Assembly (NCBI RefSeq): GCF_963921235.1
Contig: NC_086108.1
Location: 14,136,001-14,200,000 of the forward strand
Direction: 5' to 3'
Length of the DNA: 64,000 bases
Origin: Mobula hypostoma
Lineage: Eukaryota
The position numbers were made by a program, and so were the translations under genes. The notes under the pieces were generated by a model. The model ran no database searches. It was not told where the DNA came from and worked only from the letters and a program-made list of their open reading frames with translations. Shown one piece after another: positions 51,001-63,972 of the stretch; positions within the stretch are counted from its first letter, which is position 1, and each line of letters begins with the position of its first letter.

Positions 51001-51503
51001 TGCTTTTAATTGAGGTACCTTCAGCAAACAGATGAAGACAAATGTAATATCCACCTGATCCGTATTTAGCTATTGCAATGTAGAACCAGACAGAAACAGG
51101 CCTTCCAGCCCACCATGCTGTGGCAAACGAATTAAAATAATGTGTTAATTTGACTAATCCCTTTTGTCTGTCCATGCGCTGTATTCAAGTCCCATCTAGT
51201 AGGGCCTTAAACACCTCCTTTGGAGCTGACTCCACCACCACTGTTGAGCACATTTCAGGCACCCACCACACCATGTTTTTAAAAACAAACCTGCTCCACA
51301 CATCGCCTTTGAACTTAATAAATCTAGCCAGGCTGAAAATTAAATCTTATTGAGCATCAGTAATAAAAGCCACATCCGTTGTTAAAAATTATTGGGCATA
51401 TGTAATAAAAAGCCACATCCTTTGTTGGCTTGGTGTCGAGGTCACAGATTTGCCTGGTTAAGTGATGCACCCGGATGGCTGTCCCCACTCCCCAGGTCTA
51501 AAG

Positions 51504-51696
51504 CAGGGATAGCCAACCTTTTACATTCCATGCGTCAATTTTTTCAGGCATGAGGTCAGGTGTGATTTTTTCATGCACGAGTTCTATATAAACATATTTT
51601 TACAAGAATTGAATGGGGGTACAAGAGTTGTATGGCGCATCTGAACTTGTGAGTGAAAAAATTGACGCATGGAATGTAAAAGGTTGGCCACCCCTG
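51504..51696. mobile_element. 193-bp hAT (Charlie-like) MITE
   Basis: CAGGG termini, long TIRs including GCCAACCTTTTACATTCCATGCGTCAATTTTT, perfect 8-bp TSD GTCTAAAG (51496-51503, 51697-51704). Confidence 0.93.
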
Positions 51697-53337
51697 GTCT
51701 AAAGGAAGTGGTGTCCAGCAGCCTTGCTGTACACAGGTGAATGGATGTTATTGATGAGTATCATGTAAGTAACATCGGAAACGTGAGGCAAATGGGCAAC
51801 CAGACTCTGAAGAGGAAGCGGAGTCAGGGTTCTTTCTCTGTTTCTCAATTGGCCAGTGTTTGATGTTACCCACCAGGTCATCCTGATTCAAGTAAATAAT
51901 AACTTCGGCACACTCAACAGACGTACAGTCTGAGGATGAAATATTTATATCCTTTAAAGTAAGAAACTTGCAAATGGGCGGCCTTGATTGATCTACCTCT
52001 TTGTCTGATAATTATGCAGCTGTATCTTTGGGTGCTGAGAATTGGGCCCTGTTCAGTGTCTTCACATTTATGCTTGACTGAATAACAGACTATTACCAAG
52101 TTCATGTGCAGACTAAGCAACTAGCAAAACAAGCTGCTCTCCCCCACCCTGGGCTGACAGAGACTGATTGTGAACTGATAGACATACTGTATCAGTCTTG
52201 CCAGTAATAAACTAGGCAGTCTTTCCCAGATTTGCTTCAGGTCTCAGAACATCTTGTTTACCTTCATCTACTGAATAATAACCAAATAATTATTCTGCTG
52301 CTAGAGCACTGTGCAGCTATGTTCACAGTGCCTTAGATCTTTCTAACCTTTATACTCCCGGTTAAATAGGTTATTTATGAACGATATATATTTCTGGTTA
52401 TTGATTTATTATTTAGTTCAGAACCTAATTCTGAGAGATTAATTGGAGGTTTAGATTTCACTCCTGGGTCTAGATGTCAGCCGCAGATGTACTGTATAAA
52501 TGTAGAATGGTTAAGACAGCGGATCACTGTTCCTTTTGAAACACTGATTATTTTTTGCACTTTAGCAGAACTTATAGGACATGGAATTCTGCATTAGCAC
52601 AAGATCAGGATAGGTACTGTACTCTGCAGTGACAGACTAGAATCCTGAAGAAGACTATTACTGTCCAACTAGTGGCTGCGCAAAGGATATCTCTTTGAGA
52701 CTGGAGAGGAACTTGGATTGGGAAAGAAAAGTTGGATTGTCATGGTCAATGTCATGACAATCCATTGCAGGCACCCCGGAGTACTGAAAAAATACCAATA
52801 ATTCTGTGTCTGCAAAAATTGTGCAGATCTATAGCCGGTTAAGTATATTGACATCAGTGTCCACTTTCACACCATCATTCTCACCTCAGCATTGAGAGCT
52901 CCCGGGATAAGTCACGTTATCTGTAGAGCTGACACCATTCTCTTGTTCCAAGCTCTGTGCCAGTAACCAGTTTCCATCAGGATACCAGTTTAAGATGGTG
53001 CTACTGAAGGTGGGTGACAGCTTATTGGTAGTTTGAAGGCATGAAATTTAACCAAAAACATTATTAACACCTTTCCTGTAGTAATTTGTTGGAAACTGTC
53101 ACCACAAACAATGAAGAGGAGAGTGAATTTGAGGGGTGAGCTGTGCTGGTGCATTGTAAAATTGATGCAGATGTAGTTGGAGTGAGCGATTCAGGGGGGA
53201 CCAGTCGAGGCAGAGGAGTTTTGATGCCCATCCAAGTAACCTAAGAAGTGAGCTGATTTGGAAAAGTCAAGATCAGCTTTGGGCAGGGTGGCATGGTTTA
53301 GGCCCGGTGCGTTTTGCTGCAGCGGGGCCCAGTCCTG

Positions 53338-53906
53338 GTCGTTCGTCCATAGTCGTCGATGAGGATCTCAACGCCATTATGATGATGATGGTGGTGTCGA
53401 GACTAGTGCTCGATTTGGATTTAAGTGAGGGAGAGTTGCGCAGCGTCAGCCTCACTCTCTCTTCCCAATTCCCATCTGGATCCAGTGGCAAGACAAGAGT
53501 CAAGACGGCTGGGGATGGGACTAGGCGCAGTGGATGACCAGGACATCATCTGTGTCTTGTCGTGCTGTACATATTCCACGACGCTTGCAGAGACCACCTT
53601 CTTGACAGTTGGACCTTCCATAGGTCTCGTCCGCTCAATCCGCCGGAGTCTGTCTTCACATGCTGGGATAGACAACTCCCTATCTCACCGAGGGTTTGAG
53701 ACCCGTCGGCTACCCTCACCTGGTTTAGCCGGCTTGTCGAAGCCGTTGCCCGGGGTGTGGCTGCTGTCGCATGCAAACAGCTACGGGGAGCCACAGGTGA
53801 GAGCTGATTGCCAGGTGGGGACCAAAGGTGGACAAACCGCCTGAAAAGGACACGACATGCTCCCCCACCAGAGGTGCTACCCCTCCCTGACACGCCATAC
53901 ACCCCC
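53338..53906 (-). mobile_element. Non-autonomous RTE-related retroposon
   Basis: CpG-rich block; minus-strand 3' end CAACTCTCCCTCACTTAAATCCAAATC resembles RTE tails as I recall them; no RT motifs in any frame. Confidence 0.6.
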
Positions 53907-54924
53907 AACACGCCCGGGTCCTAATGCAAGGCACGAACCACGATTTGGACAATTTAAATGCCAGCCCAGATAGACTGGAAAGGTAGGGTGTCGGGACTGG
54001 AGGTGAGAGTCGGGCTGGTTTTGCTTGGTCTCTCACGATGCTGAGGCCGTGTGATTGCCTGGGTTGCTGTGCTTAGTGTCTGCAAGCTTCCTGATTTGCC
54101 CCTCTAATATGATGAACTGAGACTGAGGTTTAGTGCCTACTCCAGATTGCTCCAGGGTTTTGAATCTAAGGATTCAATTTGGTTCAGGATGCTGTGCTTG
54201 CTTCTATTGTTTGCACAATTTGTGTTTTTTTTCCTCTTTCTCTGTGAATTGGGTGTTGGTCTTTATATTTTTAATTGGGTTCTTTTGGCTTTCTTGCTCT
54301 GTGACTGCCTGTAAGCAGACAGATCTCAAAATTAAATAATTTTAAACATTCTTTGATAATAAATGTACTTGAATCTTCAAAACAAATAACCAGGAAAGAA
54401 GATTCAAGCATGGTCTTGAGTTGTATCAATCAGTAACCAATGCCTGATCAAAACGGAGCACAAGTGTTCAGGAAGGTATTGAGAACCTTGACTTGATGTA
54501 AGGTCATGAGAAAAGAGCAAAATACCACCCACCCACCCACATCTCCATTTATAGTGAGAAATACCTGGAGGTCCCTTACTGGCCTTGCCACCCATCTTAG
54601 TTTCCATGAAACTGCAGTGCAAGTGACATTCTTGATCCTGTGGGACTGTTTAAGAAGATGAAGAAAAACTGAAAAGTTTAAAAATATAGATCCAAGAAGG
54701 AAGTTCTGATAAGGGGGAGAGCCAGAGTCAAAATTACAGGCGGAACTACAAAGTAATAGGATGAAACAGAGCAGAAAATAAGATGTGTGACTCAGATTAG
54801 TGTGAGGGAAATGCGTTTCAATTCATTTGGCACTGGTGAAAATGAAGGAACTGTTTGGTTGGGACACACTTCACTTCCAAGGGACTGTAGCCAGTGCCTT
54901 GCAAAATCAAGTTATTAGGTTTAT

Positions 54925-55035
54925 GGGCCCGAAATGTTGACTGTATTTTTTTCCATAGATGCCTGCTGAGTTCCTCCAGCATTTTGTGTGCGTTGCTTGA
55001 ATTTTCAGCATCTGCAGATTTTCTCTTGTTTGTTA
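54925..55035 (+). repeat. Penelope-type terminus remnant
   Basis: GGCCCGAAATGTTGACTG...CCATAGATGCC...GAGTTCCTCCAGCATTTTGTGTG. Confidence 0.62.
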
Positions 55036-55611
55036 TTAGGTTTAAAGATAGTGTTTTCAACAAAGGAGTTTTGGGGCATGGGGATAATGTAGGGGTAATG
55101 CAGATTTCTGGTGTGGTGAGATTTAGTGGATTAAACGCAAAGAGGTAAACTGGGTAATGATGTGGGTGAGAATTAGTTATCAGGTGACCAAAACCGAGAA
55201 TTGGATGTTTCAGAAAGATAGGCAAAATTAGAAGGAAGAGAGGGAGGCAGTGAATCAGCAACTCAGTGACGTATCCTCAGTTTCTGTGGAGTTAAAGGAA
55301 TATAAATGGCAGAAAACACTGGTGGGATTAGTCAAAAGGCCTCCTAATAGAAGCTGCACTATTGAGTATACCATCCATCAGAAATAATACAAGGTCATAC
55401 CAAAGGTAGAACACTTTATGAGGAACTAATCTTCAAAATTGTTAAAGGTAATCTTGAGGATGAGGTCAAGAAATCCAAAGGCAATTTCCATCATTAACAA
55501 TGCCCTGTGTCAATATCTAAATACCAAAAGACGTTGTTGGTACCATTGTCGTGACAGCAGCTTTCGGTAGTGAGAAACAGCTCTAGTTGGTTCTGAGAAA
55601 TGTTCTCTCAC

Positions 55612-56357
55612 TTGAATTGAATTGACTTTATTACTTACATCCCTCACATATATGAGGAATAAAAATCTTTATGTAATGTCTCCGTCTAAATGCGCAGTGT
55701 GCAATTTATAGTAATTTGTAGGAAATAGCGTGTACGGTAAGATATACAACAGAACAGTCCATACAGCTTAGAAGTACAATTGTATCAGCGTGAATTAATC
55801 AGTCTGATGGCCTGGTGGAAGAAGCTGTCCCAGAGCCTGTTGGTCCTGGTTTTTATGCTACAGTACTGTTTCCCGGATGGTAGCAGCTGGATGGGACAGT
55901 TTGTGATTGGGGTGACTTGGGTCCCCAATGATCCTTTGGACCCTTTTTACACACCTGTCTCTGTAAATGTCCTGAATAGTGGGAAGTTTACATATACAGA
56001 TGCGCTGGGCTGTCCGCACCACTCTCTGCAGGGTCCTGCCATTGAGGGAAGTACAGTTCTCATACCAGGCAGTGATGCAACCAGTCACGATGCTATCAAT
56101 TGTGCCCCTGTAGAAAATTCTTCGGATTTGGGGTCCCATAACAAACTTCCTCAACCGTCTGCGGTGAAAGAGGCACTGTTGTGTCTTTTTCTCCACACAG
56201 CCAGAATGTACAGACCACGTGAGATGCTTGGAGATGTTTATACCGAGGATTCACCCTGGGGTTTACCCGCTCAACCCCAGGTCCACTGATGTCAATAGGG
56301 GTGAGTCTGTCTCCATTCCTCCTGTAGTCCACAACCAGCTCCTTTGTTTTTGCAACC
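55612..56357 (-). mobile_element. Rex1/Babar-like LINE 3' part, same family as 41999
   Basis: (TTGAA)n tail; VAKTKELVVDYRR, GCITAWYENC motifs. Confidence 0.88.
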
Positions 56358-57834
56358 TGGGTTTCCCATGGGTGCTCTGATTTCCTCCTGAAGCCCAAAG
56401 ACGTGCAGGCTGTTAGGTTAGTTGACTATTATAAATTGCCCCTTGTGTGCAGGTAAGTGGTGGAACTCGTCCACTGCCGACTACTGACACCACTATCCTG
56501 TTGACCACGCACAAGATAAAAATAACATTTTGTGATCTTCCTCAATCATGAGTTGAAAGCAGGTTATGAAATGGTAGACTCAATCAACCAAAGGATGGTT
56601 CACCTTCTGATCCACTAAGTTAGGGACAGCCACAACTGGAAAGGCAGATGGAGCTTGGGAATGCTGGGCTGATGTGATGGCCATATTTTTCCAACATATT
56701 GCTAAGCTTGTGTATTTATCTGCTAGGGATATGACAGTGTTAAAATCAGATTTAATGGCAGTGTTAACCTAAGTTGCCCTTACTGAGCAATCAGCAACAT
56801 TTAATTATCCTGTGTCCAAGCTGCAGCCCTTGTTGGCTTGTATATTGAAAGAAAACTGAGATTCAGTACATTTCATCCCCTGGCAGCAATGCACCACCTC
56901 CATCACCACTCGAAATAAAAGTGAACAGCAGCCAATTAAACAACGTCAAGTCCTTCTGCTGCCTTGGTAACCAGTGACACAAGCTGTGACAACGAACTTC
57001 CAGCACGTTTAAAGTCAGCACCTCAGCTTTTGGTTGCTAACAAAAATAACTGCGGACAATTTTGGGGGAGGTTTCTTTTTCGTCAAATTGTCCGTACAAT
57101 ACTAAATTAACAGAGCTGATTTACTCCCTTTGTCTGCTTTACTCGTTGAGACCTGTCAGTATTGAATAACTTAATGGCTACAATAAACCCACCTCCCTCA
57201 GCAACACAGTGGGAAGCTGATCATTTTGAAATGTTGACACAAGTTGCCACACCTACTGTACTGGCCATGCTGACACATAAACACTTTATACATATGCTGT
57301 ACGGTGAATTTGCAAATGGCAGTAGAGGCCATTTCTGCTACAAACTTCTGCTTTATGGATATCCCTCAATACAAACATGCTGACTTCCAAATTTTTGGCT
57401 TTGTGTAACTGCCTGATAAAATTTTAAACAAGTTTAGAAACAAGTTGAGTTTAACTAACTTTATGGCAGAGCTTCACTGATGATAGTGAAGGGAACCGAG
57501 TGAATTGGAGTTGGCCTGTGCAGTTCAGACTGACCCTGGAACTGGCCATTGCCAAGGCAGAGGCGATAATGGAATTGGTGGTTTGAGCCACTGTACTGGC
57601 TGTTTGGTCTGCATGGGGATGGTTTTGCCAGTTGCTGTGAGGCTGCAGGCATCTTCTGAATGTGCCTTCTGTCTATGTACCCCTGAGCCACAGCAGCCAG
57701 GGACTGGGTGTGGCTGAGCAGACTCATTCACTAACTCACTGAGTCAATGAGGTCGACTTGTGCATTCCTCTTGTGTCTGCTTACCCTCTCCTATCAGAAC
57801 TGTTTCCGTGATCCTCTCCCCCACAATATCTGTT

Positions 57835-59945
57835 CATAAATTGGTAAATTGATTTATTATGTCACACATACCAAGGTACAGTGAAAAACTTGCCTTGCAC
57901 ATTACTCATACAGATCATTTCATTACACTGTACATTGAGGTGGTGCAGGGGAAAATAACCAATTGCAGAATAGAGTGCTACAGTTACAGAGAAAGTGCAG
58001 TATAAGCAGACAGGCAGTAAGGGGGAAGGCTTTAATAATGTAGGTTGTGAAAGCAGAGTCCATTTTATCATACAATATAAGGGGAAGATAGAAGCTGTCC
58101 TTCAACCTGGTAGTACGTGCTTTCAGGTTTTGTATCTTCTTTCTGATGAGAGGTGGGAGAAGAATGGGTGGGGTCTTTCATTATGCTGACTGCTTTCCTG
58201 AGGCAGCAAGAAAAGTAGACGGAGGCCGGCCATGGAAGGGAGGCTAGAATCCATGACATGAAAAGCTGTGTCTGCAACTCTGCAGTTTCTTGTGCTTCTG
58301 AGAAGAGCAATGGCCATCACACACAAAATGCTGGGGGAACTCAGCAAGTCAGGCAACATCTATGGTGGGATGTGGATTGATTTTGGAGTAAGTTAAAGAG
58401 TTGGCATAACACCATGGGCCAAAGGGCCTGTACTATTCTGTGTTCCAAGTAAACAGTCAACATTACAGGCTGAGACCCTTCATTGAACAGTTGCCATACC
58501 AAGCGTCCAGATATGGTACTTCAATGAAAATTGGTCTTGGTCAACAGGGACTTGCAGAATTTCTTTAGGCTCCTGAGGATGTAGAGGGACTGCAGCACTT
58601 TTTTGGTCATGTCGTATCTGTGGTTGGACCAGGACAAACGATTGGTGATGATCATTCCCAGGTACTTCAAGCCCTCAGTCCTCTGGACCCCTACGCCATT
58701 GAAATTAACAGAAGCATGTGTACCATTCCCCTTCCTGAATGGATTTCTTTTGTTTCACTGACATTGAGGGAAAGGTTGTTGTCATGGCATCATGTCACTA
58801 AGCTCTCTATCACCACCTTGTACTCCGGCTCATTGTTATTTGAGAAATGGCCCACTGTAGTCTGCAAACTTGTAAGGGGACTTAGACAATCCGGTCACAC
58901 ATTCGTGAGTGCATGGAGAGTAAAATAAGGGCTGAGTGTGCAGCCTTGTGGAATACCAATGTTGGGGATAATGGCTGTGGAGATTATCCCAACAACATTG
59001 CTGCCTGTCCCTACTGATTACAGTCTGATGGTCGTGAAGTCAAGGAACCAGTTGCAAAGGGCGGGCGGTATTGGGTCCCAAGTCTAGGAGTTTGGAGATG
59101 AGTTTGCCCTGAATTATGGTATTGAAGGTGGCGATGTAGTCAATAAACATAGAGTCCTAGAGCACTACAGCACAGAATCAGGCTCTTCAGCCCACCTAAT
59201 TCATGCCAAAATACTATTCTGCCTAGTCCCATCAATCCATACCTGGACCATAGCCCTCCATACCCCTCCCATTGATGTACTTATGCAAAATTCTCTTAAA
59301 TGTTGAAATCAAATCCGTATCCACCACTTCTGCTGGGAGCTCATTCTACATTCTCATCACCTTCTGATTGAAGAAATTTCCTTTATGTTCCCCTTAAACA
59401 TTTCACCTTTCACCTTTAACCTATCACCTATAGTCTCACCCAACCTCAAAGTGCTTGCATTTACATAGCTATACTAATTTGGTATACCATTGTCAAATCT
59501 CACGTCATTCTTCTACACTCCAGGGAATGTCCTAACTTATAACTCAGGTCCTCATGTACAGGCAGCATCCTTGTAAATTTTCTCTGCATTCGTTCATGTT
59601 TATTGATATCTTTCCTGTAGGTTGATGACAAGAACTGCACACAGTACTCTAAAATAGTCTCACCAACATTTTATACAGCTGCAAAATAACATCCCTACCA
59701 TTCACTGTGTAAATCGTGCTATGGTTTGTCTTCCAAAGTGCAGCACCTCACACTTGTGTGCAATAAATTCCATCTGCCATTTTTCAACCCATTCTTCCAG
59801 TTGGTTAAAATGCCGCTGACAGCTTTGATAGTCTAATATGGGTGCCTGTACTGTCCAGATGCTCCAGAGATGAGTTTAGGGCCAGGGAGATGGTGTCTGC
59901 AATGGACCTGTTTCAGTGGCAGGCTAACTGCAGTGGTTTGATCAT
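57835..59945 (-). mobile_element. Old Rex1/Babar-like LINE with nested inserts
   Basis: Tail TTGGTAAATTGATTTATT; reverse complement of PQGC and LSLNV motifs; interrupted at ~58316-58485 and ~59147-59830. Confidence 0.7.
59147..59830 (-). mobile_element. CR1 3' end (nested)
   Basis: Closely similar to 3350-4200. Confidence 0.82.
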
Positions 59946-59965
59946 CACTATCTTATGTGAACTAC

Positions 59966-60241
59966 TGTAGTGGTGTGCTGCACACAGCGCTAAAATAACC
60001 ACACGTAGTCGGTGAGTTAGAGTTGTGATGAAAGAGATTTATTCAAACTTCGCGGCCTGCTTTAAAGCCTTCTCGTTCCCGCCCTCCCTGGGCGGGACTC
60101 CTGTGGGGAATGCATATTCCCAAACCCTTTCCGCATGCAGGATTTTCCCCCTGCTGGTGAAGATGGCCTGGCGCCCTTTTTGGGGCTGGCCTGTCTGCCG
60201 GCGTGCGCCGGTTCGTGTGTGCTAGAAAGTGGGTCGCCACA
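59966..60241 (-). repeat. 3' LTR (276 bp)
   Basis: TGT...ACA termini, AATAAA on minus strand at ~60038-60043, adjacent to PPT. Confidence 0.9.
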
Positions 60242-60260
60242 TAACCCCCCCCACCCCAGA
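60242..60260 (-). promoter_or_regulatory. Polypurine tract
   Basis: Minus strand GGGGTGGGGGGGGTTA directly before the LTR TG. Confidence 0.85.
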
Positions 60261-63224
60261 ACCGGCGATACCTCCCCCAATGTCCACAGTCTGGATCGGC
60301 CTCTGTTTGGGAGGTCTGCCCCTGCGCCGCGGTGCCTGAGCCTGGACCGGCTGCGCCAAGTCCACATGGGCCGGTTTGAGTCGGTCCACCGTGAAAACCT
60401 CCTCTCTCCCCCCAATGTCCAGCATGAACATGGACCCGTTGTTCCTGATCACCTTAAACGGCCCCTCGTAGGGCCGCTGTAGCGGTGCCCGGTGTCCGCC
60501 CCGTCGTACAAAAAGAAACTTACAGTTCTGCAGGTCTTTGGGTACGCAGGTCGGGCTCTGTCCGTGCTGTGAAGTGGGTATGGGGACCAGGTTACTGAGC
60601 CTCTCACATAGTCTGTCCAGGACTGCTGCGGGTTCTTCCTCTTGCCCCCTTGGGGCTGGTATGAACTCTCCTGGGACGACCAGGGGTGCGCCGTGCGGAT
60701 TCCGAGCAGGACCCAGGGAAGTTCGTCCACCCAGTTAAGCCCTTCCAGGCGAGCCATGAGAGCCGACTTCAGGTGACGGTGGAAACTCTCCACTAGTCCG
60801 TTCGACTGTGGGTGGTAGGCAGTTGTGTGGTGTAGCTGCGATCGTAAAAGGCTGGCCATAGCTGACCACAGGCTGGAGGTGAACTGGGTGCCCCTGTCGG
60901 AGGTAATGTGGGCCAGTACCCCGAAGCGGGCTACCCAGGTTGCGATCAGTGCTCGGGCGCAGGATTCGGAGGTGGTGTCGGTGAGCAGGACTGCCTCTGG
61001 CCATCTGGTGAACCGGTCTATCATAGTTAGGAGGTACTGCGCTCCTCGTGACACTGGCAGGGGCCCTACGATATCCACATGAATGTGGTCGAACCTCCGG
61101 CGGGTGGGTTCGAACTGCTGCGGCGGAGCCTTGGTGTGCCGCTGCACCTTGGCCGTTTGGCACTGCATACACGTTTTGGCCCATTCACTGACCTGCTTAC
61201 AAAGCCCATGCCACACAAACCAGTTGGAGACCAGCCGGACGGTTGTCCTGATGGAGGGTTGCGCTACGTTGTGAATGGATTCGAAAACCCGCCGGTGCCT
61301 AGCTGCCGGGACGACGGGGCAGGGTTGGCCGTCACATAGTAGGGTCCACTCACCTGGGCCTACAGGGAGGTCTTGGAGCTGCAAACCAGGGACCGCAGAT
61401 CTGTAACTAGGGATCTCAGTGTCTGCCTGCTGTGCCTCCGCCAGCGCTGCATAGTCCACCCCCTGGGACAGGGCCTGTATGGTCGGTCTGGAAAGTGCGT
61501 CCGCCATGACGTTGTCCTTTCCCGAGACATGCTGGATGTCCGTCGTGTACTCGGAGATGTAGGACAGATGTTACTGCTGGCGGGACGACCAGGGGTCGGA
61601 CACCTTCGTGAACGCAAAGGTAAGCGTTTTGTGGTCTGTGAACGCGGTGAAGGGCCTACCTTCTAAGAAGTACCTGAAATGCCGGATTGCCAGGTATAGT
61701 GCCAATAGCTCCCGGTCGAAAGCACTGTATTTGAGTTCGAGTGGTCGTAGGTGTTTGCTGAAGAATGCCAGGGGTTGCCAACGACCCTCGATGAGTTGTT
61801 CCAGCACTCTACCGACTGCTGTGTTGGATGCGTCCACCGTGAGGGCAGTAGGAACGTCCGTTCTGGGGTGCACTGGCATCGCGGCGTTTGCCAAGGCTTC
61901 TTTGGTTTTAACGAAAGCGGCTACGGCCTCTTCGTCCCAGGTAATGTCCTTGCCCTTACCAGAGGGAACAGGGGGCGCATGGTTCGGGCTGCTGAGGGGA
62001 GGGAGCGGTGGTAGAAATTCACCATAACCACGAATTCCTGCAGGCCTTTGATTATGTTGGGTCGGGGGAAGTGGCGGACCGCGTCTACCTTGGCGGGCAG
62101 TGGGGTTTCCCTGTCTTTAGTAATCCTGTGGCCCAGGAAGTCGATGGTGTCGAGTCCGAACTGGCATTTGGCCGGGTTGGTTGTAAGGCCGAATTCGCTC
62201 AGGTGGGAGTAGAGCTGGCGGAGGTGGGACAGATGCTCCTGACGACTATTGCTGGCTATGAGGATGTCGTCCAAATAGATGAATGCAAAGTCCAGGTCGC
62301 GTCCCACCGCGTCCATTAGCTGCTGGAACGTCTGTGCGGCATTCTTTAGACTGAACGGCATTCGGAGGAATTCGAAAAGTCCGAACGGGGTGGTGAGTGC
62401 TGTTTTGGGGATGTCGTCCGGATGTACAGGGATTTGATGGTATCCCCAGACGAGGTCTACCTTGGAAAAGATCCTTGCGCCGTGTAGGTTTGCTGCGAAG
62501 TCTTGAATGTGCGGCACAGGGTAGCGGTCTGGCGTTGTAGCTTCGTTCAGTCTGCGGTAGTCACCGCATGGTCTCCAGCCCCCTGTTGCCTTGGGCACCA
62601 TGTGCAGGGGGGAGGCCCATGGGCTGTCGGACCATCATATGATCCTCAATTCCTCCATCTTTTTGAACTCCTCCTTCGCCAGTCGGAGTTTGTCTGGGGG
62701 AAGCCTTCGAGCACGGGCGTGGAGTGGTGGTCCCTGGGTCGGGATGTGGTGCTGTACTCCGTGTCTGGGCATGGCTGCCATGAACTGCGGTGTCAGTACT
62801 GATGGGAAATCTGCCAGGACCCTGGTGAATTCATTGTTGGACAGCGTGATGGAGTCCAGGTGTAGGGCTGGCAACTTTGCTTCACCCAGGGAGAACGTTT
62901 GAAAAGTCTTGGGGTGGACTAATCGCTTCCCTTGCAGGTCGACCAGCAGGCTGTGGGCTCGTAGAAAATCTGCCCCCAGGAGTGGTTGGGCCACGGCGGC
63001 CAGTGTGAAGTCCCACGTGAACCGGCTGGAGCTGAACTGTAGCCGCACCGTGCGGGTGCCGTAGGTTCGTATTGTGCTGCCATTAGCGGCCCTCAGGGTG
63101 GGTCCCGGTTCTCTGTTGCGGGTGTCGTAACTCGCTGGAGGTAAGAAGCTGATCTCCGCTCCGGTGTCGACCAAAAAGCGGTGTCCTGACTGCTTGTCCC
63201 AGACATACGGGAGGCTGTCCTGAT

Positions 63225-63270
63225 GGCCAGCCGCCGTAGCCGTCAGCGGCGGCTGGCCCTGGTGTTTCCC
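63225..63270 (-). promoter_or_regulatory. -1 ribosomal frameshift signal (slippery site plus stem-loop)
   Basis: G GGA AAC at 63270-63264, 5-nt spacer, 12-bp perfect stem GGCCAGCCGCCG/CGGCGGCTGGCC. Confidence 0.85.
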
Positions 63271-63948
63271 GGGAATTTGCAGGGTGGTCTACAGCGGCGG
63301 GCCTCTGTGCCCCACTGCTGGTGGTAGAAGCACCATTGTTCATTGGGCTCCTCACTCCCGTCGCCGGGTTTTGTAGGCTCTGCTGCTGGGCCTGGTCTGG
63401 TCTGCTGTTGGGCACGTGGCTTGGTGATCTGTGCGACGGACGCCTCTCTCTCTTTCCTGGCATTCCACAGCGCATCTGCCCGGGCCGCCACCTCCCGGGG
63501 GTTGCTGAAATCTGCGTCGGACAGCAGGAGGCATATGTCCTCGGGCAGTTGCTCTAGGAACGCCTGCTCAAACATGAGACAGGGTTTGTGTCCTTCAGCC
63601 AGGGCCAGCATCTCGTTCATTAATGTCGACGGTGGCCTGTCTCCCAAACCATCCAGGTGCATTAAGCGGCGTGCTCGTTTGCGCCGTGAGAGTCTGAAAG
63701 TCTTTATGAGCAGGGCTTTGAATGCTGTGCATTTGCCCTCCTCCAGGGGGCAACTGTATAAACTCCTCAACTTGTGCAGCTGTCTCCTGGTCAAGGGAGC
63801 TCAGCACGTAGTAGTAGCGAGTGGACTCCAAGGTTATCTGCCGAATGTGGAATTGTGCTTCTGCTTGTTCGAACCACAGACGAGGTCGCAGCGCCCAAAA
63901 GCTTGGCAGTTTTAACGAAACTGCGTGAACAGATGCGGCGTCGGTCAT
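63243..63948 (-). pseudogene. gag: gag with CHCC zinc knuckle, one frameshift near 63750
   Basis: MTDAASVHAVSLKLPSFW...WFEQAEAQF, LGDRPPS, CFYHQQWGTEARRCRPPC. Confidence 0.9.
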
Positions 63949-63972
63949 CTCTGGTCCAAATGTCGTTTGGGC

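Larger units (their letters stand above)
60222..63270 (-). pseudogene. pol: pol (protease, RT, RNase H, integrase), disrupted
   Basis: [39 protein letters not shown] region, HVDIVGP, SDRG, HPQSNGLVE, PYEGPF; stops at ~62635 and ~61571, frameshifts near 61960 and 60680. Confidence 0.93.

Noticed and set aside
53273..54036. Cluster of overlapping ORFs as a gene
   Set aside because: Explained by high GC in a repeat; no recognisable domain.
60538..63915. Plus-strand ORFs over the Gypsy element
   Set aside because: Antisense shadows of GC-rich gag-pol with no independent motifs.
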